Assembly (NCBI GenBank): GCA_002687355.1
Contig: NYZZ01000036.1
Coordinates: 1 to 56,575, forward strand
Direction: 5' to 3'
DNA from: Methanobacteriota archaeon
GTDB taxonomy: Archaea; Thermoplasmatota; Poseidoniia; MGIII; CG-Epi1
Length of the DNA stretch: 56,575 bases
Shown: piece by piece, positions 30,753-41,133 of the stretch
How the letters are laid out: the number at the start of each line of letters is the position of its first letter
Position numbering within the stretch: position 1 is the stretch's first letter
The notes under the pieces: generated by a model
Databases searched by the model: none
Seen by the model: only the letters and a program-made list of their open reading frames with translations
What the model was told of the DNA's origin: nothing
Translations under genes and position numbers: made by a program

Positions 30753-31960
30753 ACGTTGCGGAACTGCGTGCCGACTTCCCGGCGCTGCAGCAGAAAGTAC
30801 ACGGTCGGCCGCTCGTCTATCTTGACAACGCCGCGACGACGCACAAGCCCAAGGTTGTACTTGATGCGCTCGACAAGTTCTACCGCGAGGATAATTCCAA
30901 TGTCCACCGTGGTGTCCACACTCTGAGCCAGCGCGCGACCGAGTCCTATGAAGGAGCGCGCGCGAAGATTGCACAATTCCTGGGCGCTGAGGCAAACGAA
31001 ATAGTCTTCGTGCGTGGCGCGACCGAGGGCATCAATCTCGTTGCGAACGCATTCTTGCGGCCACAGCTGCACAAGGGCGATGAAGTACTAATTACGGCGA
31101 TGGAACACCACGCCAACATCGTCCCGTGGCAACTTGCATGTGAAGCCACTGGTGCAAAATTGCGCGTCGCACCAATGTCACAGACGGGTGAACTACTGCT
31201 CGATGAGCTAGAGACGCTGCTAACGCCGCGGACAAAACTACTAGCGCTGACACACGTCTCAAATGCCTTGGGCACCGTCAATCCAATCGCGCAAATCACA
31301 GAGATGGCGCACGCGCGCGGAATCCCGGTGCTGGTCGATGGTGCGCAGGCGGTCCAGCACCTGTCAGTCAACGTGTGTGAACTGGGGGTTGATTTCTACG
31401 CGCTCTCGGGTCACAAACTCTACGGACCCACAGGAATCGGTGTGCTCTGGGGTCGTTCAGCCCATCTAGAGGGAATGGCCCCCTGGCAAGGAGGTGGTGA
31501 CATGATTCGATCCGTCACTTTTGAGAAGACCGAGTTCGCGCCGCCACCACTACGGTTCGAGGCGGGGACGCCGAACATCGCCGGCGCAATTGGGCTCGGA
31601 GCAGCGGTTGAATACCTAGCGGGAATCGGGCTCGATGCAATCGTCGCGCACGAGCGAGAGCTGCTGACAGCCGCAACTGACGCGGTAGCGGCAATCGAGG
31701 GCGTGCGACTCATCGGTACCGCGGACGCCAAGGCAAGCGTGCTCTCGTTCGTAGTCGAAGGAGTCCACCCGCACGACATCGGTACGGTACTGGACCGGTA
31801 CGGTGTCGCGGTTCGCACCGGTCACCACTGCGCGCAGCCGGTAATGGCGTTCTATGGCGTGCCAGCGACTGTACGCGCTTCTTTTGGTTTATATAATTAT
31901 CATGCAGAAATTGTTCCGCTCTGCAAAGCACTACGCGAGGCTCAGGAGCTCTTTGCATGA
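30749..31960 (+). CDS. sufS: Cysteine desulfurase SufS
   Basis: YLDNAATTHKP, MEHHANIVPWQ, SGHKLYGPTG, FEAGTP, RTGHHCAQP. Confidence 0.96.
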   Translation: MNVAELRADFPALQQKVHGRPLVYLDNAATTHKPKVVLDALDKFYREDNSNVHRGVHTLSQRATESYEGARAKIAQFLGAEANEIVFVRGATEGINLVANAFLRPQLHKGDEVLITAMEHHANIVPWQLACEATGAKLRVAPMSQTGELLLDELETLLTPRTKLLALTHVSNALGTVNPIAQITEMAHARGIPVLVDGAQAVQHLSVNVCELGVDFYALSGHKLYGPTGIGVLWGRSAHLEGMAPWQGGGDMIRSVTFEKTEFAPPPLRFEAGTPNIAGAIGLGAAVEYLAGIGLDAIVAHERELLTAATDAVAAIEGVRLIGTADAKASVLSFVVEGVHPHDIGTVLDRYGVAVRTGHHCAQPVMAFYGVPATVRASFGLYNYHAEIVPLCKALREAQELFA

Positions 31961-32391
31961 GCCTGTCAGAGCTCTACCAGCAGCTCATCTTGGACCATAA
32001 TCGCAGCCCGCGCAACCGTGGTGCGCTGGAAGCGCCGACGCACTCTGCGGTAGGACACAATCCACTCTGCGGCGACCAACTACAGCTGCAGTTGCAGCTC
32101 ATGGATGGCAGGGTGGCAGAGGTCGCCTTCGAAGGCAGCGGCTGCGCTATCTCAACTGCGTCAGCAAGCCTGATGACTGACGCCGTGAAAGGTCTTGATA
32201 AAGATGAGTTGGATGAGTTATTCGCAAAGTTTCACGCGCTCGCAACCGGAGATGAATCATCGGACAAGCTCGGCAAGCTCGGAGCCTTTGGTGGAATCCG
32301 TGACTACCCAACGCGAGTGAAGTGTGCCACACTGGCGTGGCACACCTTGCGAGCAGCGCTTCACGGTGAGCTGGGGGCAACGACCGAATGA
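31957..32391 (+). CDS. sufU: SUF-system NifU-family protein SufU
   Basis: LYQQLILDH, NPLCGD, GCAISTASAS, RVKCATLAW. Confidence 0.93.
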   Translation: MSLSELYQQLILDHNRSPRNRGALEAPTHSAVGHNPLCGDQLQLQLQLMDGRVAEVAFEGSGCAISTASASLMTDAVKGLDKDELDELFAKFHALATGDESSDKLGKLGAFGGIRDYPTRVKCATLAWHTLRAALHGELGATTE

Positions 32392-32801
32392 ATGGCGCAA
32401 GCTCTAATACTGCCATGACAGGTCAGGCACCCAACATGGCCACCAGCTCTGAGACCGCACTCGAATCTGACAAAGTACTAGTTACGGTGACCGAAGCGGC
32501 TGCCACCGAACTGCAGCGCGCAATGGAAGCTCAAGACAAACAGGATATGGCACTACGTATCGCGGTCTTCCCAGGTGGTTGCGCCGGCATGCAATATGGC
32601 TTAAGCCTTGATTCTGAGGGGCAGCCTGGTGATGAGGAATTCGTGTCGAGTGGCATTCGGCTGGTCGTCGGGCGGCAGGATTTGCCAATGGTGGCAGGGA
32701 TGCAGGTTGACTACGTCCAGTCAGTGAGTGGATCTGGCTTCAAGGTCGAGAACCCGAACGCTAACGAAAGTTGTGGCTGTGGTTCGAGCTTCTCCTGCTA
32801 A
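32388..32801 (+). CDS. HesB/IscA/SufA family Fe-S carrier
   Basis: GGCAGMQY and NPNANESCGCGSSF. Confidence 0.9.
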   Translation: MNGASSNTAMTGQAPNMATSSETALESDKVLVTVTEAAATELQRAMEAQDKQDMALRIAVFPGGCAGMQYGLSLDSEGQPGDEEFVSSGIRLVVGRQDLPMVAGMQVDYVQSVSGSGFKVENPNANESCGCGSSFSC

Positions 32802-32831
32802 TGACTTGGTGGAGGCGGTAACCTGAAGGAG

Positions 32832-33038
32832 GTGGACGTGAGGGGATTGCAATGCACGCAAGCCGTGATGGCGATGTTGCGTGCGCTGATGCCACTACCA
32901 GCCGGTGAGGAACTCCAGGTGTGCTGGGAGGCAGAAGACTCGAAACGAGACATCCTGACTGTCATAAGGCGACGTAACTACACACTGATTTCCGACTCGG
33001 AAGAGGACGGGCGTAAACTGCTCGTCGTGAGCAAATAA
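32832..33038 (+). CDS. TusA/SirA-like sulfur carrier
   Basis: DVRGLQCTQA resembles the DxRGLxCPxP motif; size fits; last gene of the suf block. Confidence 0.65.
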   Translation: MDVRGLQCTQAVMAMLRALMPLPAGEELQVCWEAEDSKRDILTVIRRRNYTLISDSEEDGRKLLVVSK

Positions 33039-33065
33039 TAAAACTGACCGCTGGGTGACGCGCCA

Positions 33066-33662
33066 ATGGCGGAACCGTGCGAGGACGATGCACTGGCGGC
33101 GGCGCGACTTCCGACCCGCTTCGGAGAGTTTCGCATCATTGCCTTCCCTGGTGAGACTGCGAACCGCGAGCATATTGCGCTGGTGCTGGGCGACATGGAG
33201 GGCGAAGTCCTAGTGCGCATTCACTCGGAATGTCTTACGGGCGACGTATTCCATTCCGACCGCTGTGACTGCGGTGAACAGCTCGACCTGGCGATGGAGC
33301 GAATCGCCGAGATGGGGCATGGTGTCATCATATACCTAAGGCAGGAAGGACGTGGTATTGGACTAGTGAACAAGCTTCACGCCTACAACCTGCAGGACGA
33401 TGGCCTCGACACAGTCGAGGCCAATGAAAAGCTGGGCTTCAGCGGTGAAATGCGGCAGTATGGAGACGCGGTCACCATCCTAAGGTCCCTCGGTGTGGGC
33501 AAGGCGGCGCTGCTGACCAATAATCCTGCCAAGATTGAAGCGCTGCGCGAGGCGGGCCTCACGGTACGGCGGGAGCCGCATATCATAACACCGAAAGCAG
33601 AGAACCGCGACTACCTAAGCACAAAGTCGAACAAAATGGGGCATCTCATCCCACCTGGCTAG
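33066..33662 (+). CDS. ribA: GTP cyclohydrolase II
   Basis: VRIHSECLTGD, RCDCGEQL, RQEGRGIGLVNKL, LLTNNP. Confidence 0.95.
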   Translation: MAEPCEDDALAAARLPTRFGEFRIIAFPGETANREHIALVLGDMEGEVLVRIHSECLTGDVFHSDRCDCGEQLDLAMERIAEMGHGVIIYLRQEGRGIGLVNKLHAYNLQDDGLDTVEANEKLGFSGEMRQYGDAVTILRSLGVGKAALLTNNPAKIEALREAGLTVRREPHIITPKAENRDYLSTKSNKMGHLIPPG

Positions 33663-34465
33663 ACGGAATTGGCACGGCTGCGGTTCTCAGAGCGACCGCC
33701 GATAGTGAGCACCCACAGCACGAAGAGCGCCATAATGAGCGCGTACTGACCAGTCTGCCACCAGAAATAGTGAACCTTGTCCCAAGTTGCGAAACCGTAC
33801 TTCATGATGAGAGGGTAGGCGGTGATGATACGCAGGGCGTTCTCAAAGAAGATAAATACGGCTGCATACGCGGCCCAGCGTACGCGCACCAGCGGCTTCA
33901 CACCGCGAAAGCAAAGGATTAGCAGCCCCAGGAACAAGGTTTCGTGTAGACCGGTACAAGTACTGACAATTTCTAGGTCAATTATCTCCTCGTACCGCAG
34001 TAGAGTCCCGTTACTACCACCGATGCTAACCTCGATACCGAATGCGCTCTCGATTACCCAAACGAACCAAGTCAGGAACTTCTGGTAAAGCAGCAGTGAG
34101 TTCTCGCCGCGCGTTATGTGCTGGAACAACAGATCTGCCGGTAGCACCACCGCCATCACCAGCATGAAATTGAACGCAACGCCAACAATGGTGCGATCGC
34201 CTTTCTTCTCGGCACCTACCTGTGCGCATAGCCAGCTCTCAGCGCGATCCAGCTTGTGGGCCACTACGTTACTTACACGCTCGAGCAGTGCCTGCGGGGT
34301 GGTCGCCGTACTGGGGTTGCCGAACGCCAGCCAGAAGGAACCTGCCGCGGAGATTAGTGCGACCGTCGCCGCACTGCCACCGTAGAAGAGCGCAAAGCCG
34401 ACCAGCAACAGCCCAATGGCAGCAAGTAGGGCCTGCATCTGCTCGCGGCGCTTTAACGGCTGCAT
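33659..34465 (-). CDS. Exosortase/archaeosortase family membrane protease
   Basis: Multi-pass; EIVSTCTG (Cys), ENALRI (Arg) and KVHYF (His) in the order typical of the family. Confidence 0.78.
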   Translation of the reverse strand: MQPLKRREQMQALLAAIGLLLVGFALFYGGSAATVALISAAGSFWLAFGNPSTATTPQALLERVSNVVAHKLDRAESWLCAQVGAEKKGDRTIVGVAFNFMLVMAVVLPADLLFQHITRGENSLLLYQKFLTWFVWVIESAFGIEVSIGGSNGTLLRYEEIIDLEIVSTCTGLHETLFLGLLILCFRGVKPLVRVRWAAYAAVFIFFENALRIITAYPLIMKYGFATWDKVHYFWWQTGQYALIMALFVLWVLTIGGRSENRSRANSV

Positions 34466-34490
34466 GTACCCCCTGCGTCAGCTAGAGACA

Positions 34491-34913
34491 TTAAAGCTGC
34501 CGATGTAGGAATTCATGCGCTGCAATAAGTGCTTCAGACGTTGTATCATGGGTGGCGCGCACGAATGCTGCGTCCCATTTCAGCCAGTCGAAAGCCGTGT
34601 GCTCGTCGCTCAGTTGCACCTCACCTGACGGAGATTTCGCAAGGAAGAAGAGAACACGTTTTGGGATTTCAACACTGCCACGTCGTTTGATGTAGCTGAT
34701 TTCGTGGCGAAAGCCCTCGACAACCGCTATGTCGTGCAGTCCGGTCTCCTCCTGCAATTCGCGCAGGGCCGCTTCCAGTTCAGCCTCGTCGGGCTCAACA
34801 CGGCCCTTCGGCGGTGCCCAGTGCCCCTCAGTATGGCGCAGCAGCAGCGTGCGGTCGCCACGGAACAGGACCACGCCACAGGCAAACTCGGACGTCTTGG
34901 AATAGTCACCCAT
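34491..34913 (-). CDS. NUDIX hydrolase (Ap4A-hydrolase-like)
   Basis: HWAPPKGRVEPDEAELEAALRELQEETG; LSDEH...W. Confidence 0.88.
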   Translation of the reverse strand: MGDYSKTSEFACGVVLFRGDRTLLLRHTEGHWAPPKGRVEPDEAELEAALRELQEETGLHDIAVVEGFRHEISYIKRRGSVEIPKRVLFFLAKSPSGEVQLSDEHTAFDWLKWDAAFVRATHDTTSEALIAAHEFLHRQL

Positions 34914-34939
34914 TATAGTCGGGTCTGTCGCTAAGACTA

Positions 34940-35821
34940 TTACTCGTTGTCGCGTTTCATCCGAGCCAGTGCAGTTGCGACTATGGCAAGCGCCAGCATT
35001 GAGAAGCTAGACTCGAAACCGGGAACAAAGACCCCACGCACCCATAAGTTTGACGTAATTGAGCGTGCCTCGGTCTCGCCCGCCAGTGTGGTCGATGCCT
35101 TCACGATAATGGTGTGGTACTCATTAAACCAGCCAAGGGCCGTGCCGCGCGGAGTGCGTACATTGAGGGGGACCTGCAGCTCTCCCTGACTGTCAATCTC
35201 GATTTGCGGCTGCGAAAGTGCGATGATGAAGCCAGCCTCCTCAAGCTTCTCCTGGTTGACCACCTCGACTAGAATGGTATCAACGTGGTTGCCATAGTTC
35301 AGGACAGTGAAAGTAAGAGGGAATTCCTTACCGGGGCCGACCCTCTGGAAGGGCTGGTCAGCGCGGATAGAGAGTCGTGCATACTGCTCAATCTGAGCGG
35401 TAAAGCCAGCAAACTTGGTTTGCGGGTTGAGATGAGTGGTTGTCTCCGACCCCTGTCCGGTTGCCTGCACATCTACATTTTTGTAAGCGGCTCGGACGGT
35501 GGCAATGGCACATACCGGCACGGTGATACTGGCGCCAGCGGCGAGAGTCACTGAAATAGCAGAGGGGGAAATGGTCACGCCACCGCCAGATATCTGGACG
35601 TCGACGTCAATGTTGGCGGCGCCCTCATTACTGACCTGCAGCGAGGTGCAGCCGACACCCGAGGCGCCGGGACGCACGTCTAGTTTTACCGAGGCGTCCG
35701 AAAAAGTCATGGAAAACGCAACCGGTGTCGTCTGAGCTTCGGCCTGCGGACTAAAGATAAAGAGCGAACTGCCCAGTACCAGGGCGGCTAGCAACAGGGC
35801 GCGGGTCGGGGTTGACATCAT
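34940..35821 (-). CDS. Secreted Ig-like/beta-sandwich surface protein with PGF-CTERM-like tail
   Basis: Signal peptide ending AEA; beta-rich repeats; VPGFE + TM + RMKR. Confidence 0.75.
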   Translation of the reverse strand: MMSTPTRALLLAALVLGSSLFIFSPQAEAQTTPVAFSMTFSDASVKLDVRPGASGVGCTSLQVSNEGAANIDVDVQISGGGVTISPSAISVTLAAGASITVPVCAIATVRAAYKNVDVQATGQGSETTTHLNPQTKFAGFTAQIEQYARLSIRADQPFQRVGPGKEFPLTFTVLNYGNHVDTILVEVVNQEKLEEAGFIIALSQPQIEIDSQGELQVPLNVRTPRGTALGWFNEYHTIIVKASTTLAGETEARSITSNLWVRGVFVPGFESSFSMLALAIVATALARMKRDNE

Positions 35822-35969
35822 TTGCCTCAGTCGGGACTGTGCTATCGAGATATATAGCATTTGCCCGCCGGCACACGAAGATTGCGCCATAAAAAGGCTA
35901 TCGTTTTTTTCACTCGATTTTCAGCAGACGCGCGTCAGCAATGAAGCTGGGTGAGCTTCAGCTTACGCT

Positions 35970-36206
35970 CTAGGGAGCCAACTTCGCAGCCAATTGTTCG
36001 TTGGTCGGCTCGACCAGCACGCTGCCGTCGTCGAACTCCAGCACTGGCACACGCTGGAAACCGTTATTGAGTGAAACGGCGCGGTCGCGAAGTGCATCGT
36101 CGCTCTCGATATCGAGGTACTCATACGAAATATTCTCTCCATCCAGCCATGCCCTGGCGCGATGGCAGTCGCCGCACCAAGCGGCACCGTACATGCGCAG
36201 AGTCAT
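35970..36206 (-). CDS. Glutaredoxin/mycoredoxin-like thiol-disulfide oxidoreductase
   Basis: WCGDC active site; RVPVLEFDDGSVLVEP. Confidence 0.85.
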   Translation of the reverse strand: MTLRMYGAAWCGDCHRARAWLDGENISYEYLDIESDDALRDRAVSLNNGFQRVPVLEFDDGSVLVEPTNEQLAAKLAP

Positions 36207-36227
36207 AGTGCGTTAGCCGGGACGCAG

Positions 36228-39041
36228 CTAAACCTCTTCCGCCCAGTCATCAGGACAACTGCACGAGAGGTTGCGGTCACCCCACGCCTGATCGATACGA
36301 CCGACCGGTGGCCAGTACTTGTGATCGTGCAGCCACTTCGCCGGGAAGGCTCCCTGTTCGCGCGAATAGGTGCGATTCCATACATCGGCTGTTACAGTAG
36401 CGGCTGTGTGCGGCGCGTTGCACAGTGAGCTATCGCTAGAGGTGAGACTGCCGTCAGTGACTGCCACGATTTCAGCGTGAATCGCGAGCATTGCGTCGCA
36501 GAAGCGGTCCAGCTCAGCACGACTCTCGGACTCGGTCGGCTCGACCATCAGTGTCCCTGGCACTGGGAAGCTCATCGTCGGTGCATGGTAGCCGTAATCT
36601 ATGAGCCGCTTGGCGACATCATCAACCGTTAGCCCTGCATTGGCTAGCATCTCTCGCGTGTCAAGAATACACTCGTGTGCGACATGGCCGCCAGCGCCGG
36701 TGTAGAGGACAGGATATGCGTCGCCCAGACGCTGCGCGACGTAGTTGGCGTTGAGGATAGCGACCTGCGTCGCTTCGCGCAGCCCTGCGGCACCCATCAT
36801 AGCGATGTAGGCCCAAGTGATGGGGAGAATGAGCGGACTGCCGTAGCGGGCGGCCGAAACGGCACCGTCTTCACCAGTAAGTGGGTCGCCCGGTAAATGC
36901 GGGACCAGATGCTTCCTAACGCCGATGGGCCCCATGCCGGGACCGCCGCCACCATGCGGAATGCAGAAGGTCTTGTGCAGGTTTAGGTGGCAGACGTCAG
37001 CTCCGAATTCGGCCGGTCGGCAGAACCCGACCATCGCGTTTAGGTTGGCGCCGTCCAAATAGACCTGACCACCGGAAGCGTGGACAATGTCACACACCTC
37101 ACGGATATGAGTCTCAAACACCCCATGTGTCGAGGGGTAGGTTACCATCAATGCCGCCAAAGCATCGCCGCACTCGGTCGCCTTCATGCGCAAATCGGCG
37201 AGGTCGATATTGCCGTCATCATCGCATGCGACTGGGACAACGCGCATACCAGCCATCACTGCCGAGGCAGGATTGGTACCATGCGCACTGACTGGAATAA
37301 GGCAGGCGTCGCGGCCATCTTCGTCGCGCGTAGAATGGTAGCTCCGAATGGCAAGCATCCCTGCCAGTTCGCCCTGCGAGCCGGCGTTGGGTTGAAGTGA
37401 AATGGCGGCGAAGCCGGTCATCTCGCAGAGCCATGCTTCGAGGTCGGCAATCAGCTGGTGGTAGCCGGTCGCCTGCTCGACTGGTGCAAAGGGATGCAGG
37501 TCGGCAAAGCCAGGCCACGTTATGGGTTCCATCTCGGCTGCCGCGTTGAGCTTCATGGTGCACGAACCGAGCGGAATCATGCTAGTGTTCAGCGCCAGGT
37601 CCTTCGTCTCGAGCCGGTGCAGGTAGCGCATGAACTCGGTCTCGCTGTGGTAGCGGTTGAAGACCGGATGCTCGAGGAATGACGATTCGCGCTCCAGCGC
37701 AGCCGGCAGAACCTTGCCTTGCGGAGTCTCCCATTCCACGTCGAAAACAGCCAGCAGCTCCGCGAGTTCTCCATCGCCGACGGTCTCATCGAGCGCGATT
37801 CCGACGTCGCCATCGCCTAGGTCGCGCAGGTTGATGCCACTCTCGGCGGCATGCTCGAGCGTGCCGGGTGCGGTAACACGCAGCGTGTCGAAATAGGAAT
37901 CGTGCGCGACCGCGAAGCCCGCCTTGCATAGTGAGGCGGCGAGCGTCCCCGTCAATCGATGTACCCGCTCCGCTATCGCTCGCAATTTGTTGGGACCGTG
38001 GTAGACTGCGTACATCGCCGCGGTAACTGCAAGCAGAACCTGCGCAGTACATATGTTGCTCGTCGCGCGATCGCGTCGGATGTGCTGCTCGCGTGTCTGT
38101 AGAGCTAAACGCAGCGCGGGCGCGCCGTGCACATCCTTTGAAACACCTACTAGTCGGCCGGGCAGCCGCCGCTTCAACGTGTCGCGCGTCGCGATGAACG
38201 CAGCGTGCGGACCACCGTAACCCAGTGGCACACCAAAACGCTGCGATGAGCCGACAACTATGTCGGCACCCCATTCACCCGGTGGCTTGAGCAAACAGAG
38301 CGCCAGCAGGTCAGTTGCAACAACGGCCAGTGCACCGACGTCATGTGCCGCAGTGATTATGTCGCCATAGTCGCAGACCGCGCCATCAGTGGCAGGGTAC
38401 TGGAGCAGCACGCCGAAGGTATCCTCGTCAAATTCTATCTCCGCGGAAGGTACAACGACTATACGCAGGCCGAGCGGCGCCGCGCGCGTTCGCACGACAG
38501 CAGCGGTCTGCGGATGGCAGTCAGCGGCGATGACGAAAGTAGTGCGATTACCGTGTGCAGCGTTGCACGCCATCGCCATGGCTTCAGCCGCAGCGGTCGC
38601 CTCATCGAGTAGCGACGCGTTGGCGATTTCCATTGCCGTCAGGTCACACACCATGGTCTGGAAATTCAGCAGTGCCTCGAGCCGGCCCTGCGCAATTTCC
38701 GGCTGGTAGGGTGTATATGCAGTATACCAGCCCGGATTCTCGAGCAGGTTACGCCGCAGCGCGGGCGGTGTTATGGTACCATAGTAACCCATCCCGAGAT
38801 AGCTGCGCGCCACCACGTTGCGTCCCGCGAGGTCTTGCAGACGATGTAGAGCTGCTGCTTCCGTGAGCGGAGATGGTAGGTCCAGCTCGCCTGCGAAGCG
38901 AATGTCGGCCGGAACGACTGCGTCGGTCAACTCGTCCAAAGTCGTACAGTCGAGCTTCGCCAGCATCTCCGGGATGTCGGCTGGTGCTGGCCCGATATGC
39001 CGCCGAGCGAAAGTGTCCGGGTGGTCGAATGAAACGTCCAT
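36228..39041 (-). CDS. gcvP: Glycine dehydrogenase (decarboxylating), single-chain P protein
   Basis: [67 protein letters not shown]. Confidence 0.97.
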   Translation of the reverse strand: MDVSFDHPDTFARRHIGPAPADIPEMLAKLDCTTLDELTDAVVPADIRFAGELDLPSPLTEAAALHRLQDLAGRNVVARSYLGMGYYGTITPPALRRNLLENPGWYTAYTPYQPEIAQGRLEALLNFQTMVCDLTAMEIANASLLDEATAAAEAMAMACNAAHGNRTTFVIAADCHPQTAAVVRTRAAPLGLRIVVVPSAEIEFDEDTFGVLLQYPATDGAVCDYGDIITAAHDVGALAVVATDLLALCLLKPPGEWGADIVVGSSQRFGVPLGYGGPHAAFIATRDTLKRRLPGRLVGVSKDVHGAPALRLALQTREQHIRRDRATSNICTAQVLLAVTAAMYAVYHGPNKLRAIAERVHRLTGTLAASLCKAGFAVAHDSYFDTLRVTAPGTLEHAAESGINLRDLGDGDVGIALDETVGDGELAELLAVFDVEWETPQGKVLPAALERESSFLEHPVFNRYHSETEFMRYLHRLETKDLALNTSMIPLGSCTMKLNAAAEMEPITWPGFADLHPFAPVEQATGYHQLIADLEAWLCEMTGFAAISLQPNAGSQGELAGMLAIRSYHSTRDEDGRDACLIPVSAHGTNPASAVMAGMRVVPVACDDDGNIDLADLRMKATECGDALAALMVTYPSTHGVFETHIREVCDIVHASGGQVYLDGANLNAMVGFCRPAEFGADVCHLNLHKTFCIPHGGGGPGMGPIGVRKHLVPHLPGDPLTGEDGAVSAARYGSPLILPITWAYIAMMGAAGLREATQVAILNANYVAQRLGDAYPVLYTGAGGHVAHECILDTREMLANAGLTVDDVAKRLIDYGYHAPTMSFPVPGTLMVEPTESESRAELDRFCDAMLAIHAEIVAVTDGSLTSSDSSLCNAPHTAATVTADVWNRTYSREQGAFPAKWLHDHKYWPPVGRIDQAWGDRNLSCSCPDDWAEEV

Positions 39042-39124
39042 GCAGAAACAACGGCGGCACGCTAGCCGGAGTTATGAGTGTTTGCCGGACTCAATCCGGC
39101 ATATACTCTAAATCACCCCTCGGG

Positions 39125-39562
39125 ATGGGGGCCTCCGTGCAGTCAAACACTGTGCGGCTTTTTACCCCGCGCGAGGCGAACGCAATGCTGCCAGCGCTGA
39201 GGCCTTTACTGATGGAGCTGGCGGACCGGCACGCTGAGCGGGAGCAGCTGGAGGAGCTGCTGATTGAGGTGGAACAGGACGCCAAAAGCAGAGAGTCGAT
39301 GCGAGACCGCATCGAACTAGAGGTGCGACTCGACGAAAATCTGGCGGAGTTGAAGCAGCTCTTCGAAGCACTGGCACGGCATGGAGTCGAGGTGAAAGAC
39401 CCTGCTATTGGGCTCATTGATTTTCACGCGCAGCGCGGCGCCGAGCTGGTGTACCTGTGCTACAAGCTGGGAGAGCCCAAAGTGACGCACTGGCACCCAC
39501 TCGACGATGGCTACAGCGGGCGTAAGACGCTCGAAAGCGAGCCGGAAATGTTGAAGATCTAA
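39125..39562 (+). CDS. DUF2203-like protein
   Basis: FTPREANAMLP...GVEVKDPAIGLIDF...YLCYKLGE...HWH....GYSGR. Confidence 0.82.
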   Translation: MGASVQSNTVRLFTPREANAMLPALRPLLMELADRHAEREQLEELLIEVEQDAKSRESMRDRIELEVRLDENLAELKQLFEALARHGVEVKDPAIGLIDFHAQRGAELVYLCYKLGEPKVTHWHPLDDGYSGRKTLESEPEMLKI

Positions 39563-40119
39563 CCGCCTTCCCAGCGCGCGAATAAATCTGCGTCGAGACC
39601 CAGCAAGTCTAAGACACGACCGGCAATGAAATTTACATTGTCGTCAAGGCTCTGTGGACGGTTGTAGAATGCCGGCGCGGCTGGGGCGATAATGGTACCT
39701 GCAGTAGAGAGCCGCAGCATATTCTCGATGTGGATGTGGCTAAAGGGCGTCTCGCGTGGCGCCAGTATCAGTGGTCGCCGCTCCTTGAGCATTACTGCAC
39801 CGGCGCGCGTCAGCAAGTTGTCATTGACCCCTGCTGCCAATTTGCCAAGCGTGTCCATCGAGCAGGGGATGATGACCATCGCCCGCGCGCGGAACGAGCC
39901 GGAAGCAATCGAAGCGGCGATATCGGCATTACCGTGCACTACATCGGCCAGGGCTTCAACTTCAGCCCAGTCGCCATCGCACTCGTGCTGGTGTACCAGT
40001 CGCGCCGAGTCGGTCGCGACGAAGTGGGTCTCGACCGGTTGCTCCTTCAGCGCCTCGAGCAGACGTACCCCGTACGGGATGCCGGAGGCGCCGCTCATGC
40101 CGACCACGATGCGGTCCAT
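39559..40119 (-). CDS. ubiX: Flavin prenyltransferase
   Basis: GMSGASG, IASGSF, PCSMDTL, LKERRPL...PRETP, PAFY. Confidence 0.95.
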   Translation of the reverse strand: MDRIVVGMSGASGIPYGVRLLEALKEQPVETHFVATDSARLVHQHECDGDWAEVEALADVVHGNADIAASIASGSFRARAMVIIPCSMDTLGKLAAGVNDNLLTRAGAVMLKERRPLILAPRETPFSHIHIENMLRLSTAGTIIAPAAPAFYNRPQSLDDNVNFIAGRVLDLLGLDADLFARWEGG

Positions 40120-40203
40120 GCTGACAGGGAAACACTCGCGGGCTTAAGGCTTCAGGCTGGCATCCCGCCGCCAGCCGTAAATCCAGTAACCGCTGCCACC
40201 CCA

Positions 40204-41133
40204 ATGGAGTTCACCGCGCCGGGCAAGGTCATCCTGTTCGGAGAGCACGCCGTGGTCTATGGACATCCGGCCATCGCTGTACCGCTCTCAGGACTGCGCG
40301 CCCGCGCCTGGACCGAGCCGACACGTGATGGCGCCGGGCTGGTGATTCACGCGCGTGACCTAGGACAACGACTGACACTGGATGGCGACCCTGAGCACCA
40401 ATTCTCGGTTGCAGCGCAAGCAGTGCTGGCGCGTGTTGGCGCCCCGGAGCCGAACGCAACTGTCAATCTCGAATCGGCCATTCCGTCGGCAGCTGGCATG
40501 GGCAGCAGCGCTGCCACCTCCACCGCAGTCTGCCGCGCACTCGCGGCGCACCTTGGCACCAAGATGTCAGCAACTGATGTTTCGAATATCGTATTCCAAG
40601 CCGAGCGGGTGGTGCACGGTACCCCGAGTGGCATCGACAACACCGTTGTCGCGCATGAGGAGCCGGTCTGGTTCACCAGCGGGGAACCACCGAGGCCATT
40701 CCGGTCTCCGGACCGCTGTTTCCTAGTACTGGGCGATACCGGTATCACCGCCTCGACAGGCGAACTTGTCGCTGGCGTGCGTAAGCGGCGGAACGCCGAA
40801 CCACGACTCTATGACGGATATTTTGCGGAAATTGGCGCACGGGTCAGCGACGCACGCAAAGCGCTCGAGGCTGGCGAGCTGAAACGGGTGGGGAAACTGA
40901 TGGACACCAACCACGAACTGCTCAACAATATCGGCGTTGGTCATCCCAAACTGGACGAGCTGGCCGCTATCGTCCGCGATGCTGGAGCGCTGGGTGCAAA
41001 GCTTACCGGCAAGGGTGGTGGTGGCAACATAGTCGCGCTCGCCGCAGGAGTAGATTCGCAAACTGCTGTAACACAGGCACTAACCGAAGCCGGTTATACG
41101 GCATACGAGACTGCCTTCGGAGGAGGGACATGA
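40204..41133 (+). CDS. mvk: Mevalonate kinase
   Basis: APGKVILFGEHAVVYGHPAIA, IPSAAGMGSSAA, HGTPSGID, GAKLTGKGGGG. Confidence 0.93.
   Translation: MEFTAPGKVILFGEHAVVYGHPAIAVPLSGLRARAWTEPTRDGAGLVIHARDLGQRLTLDGDPEHQFSVAAQAVLARVGAPEPNATVNLESAIPSAAGMGSSAATSTAVCRALAAHLGTKMSATDVSNIVFQAERVVHGTPSGIDNTVVAHEEPVWFTSGEPPRPFRSPDRCFLVLGDTGITASTGELVAGVRKRRNAEPRLYDGYFAEIGARVSDARKALEAGELKRVGKLMDTNHELLNNIGVGHPKLDELAAIVRDAGALGAKLTGKGGGGNIVALAAGVDSQTAVTQALTEAGYTAYETAFGGGT

Noticed and set aside
39042..39124. Glycine riboswitch upstream of gcvP
   Set aside because: The gap is only about 83 bp, must hold divergent promoters, and shows no recognisable aptamer motif.
39730..40203. N-terminal extension of mevalonate kinase
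   Set aside because: It overlaps ubiX on the opposite strand, and the family motif begins at ATG 40204.
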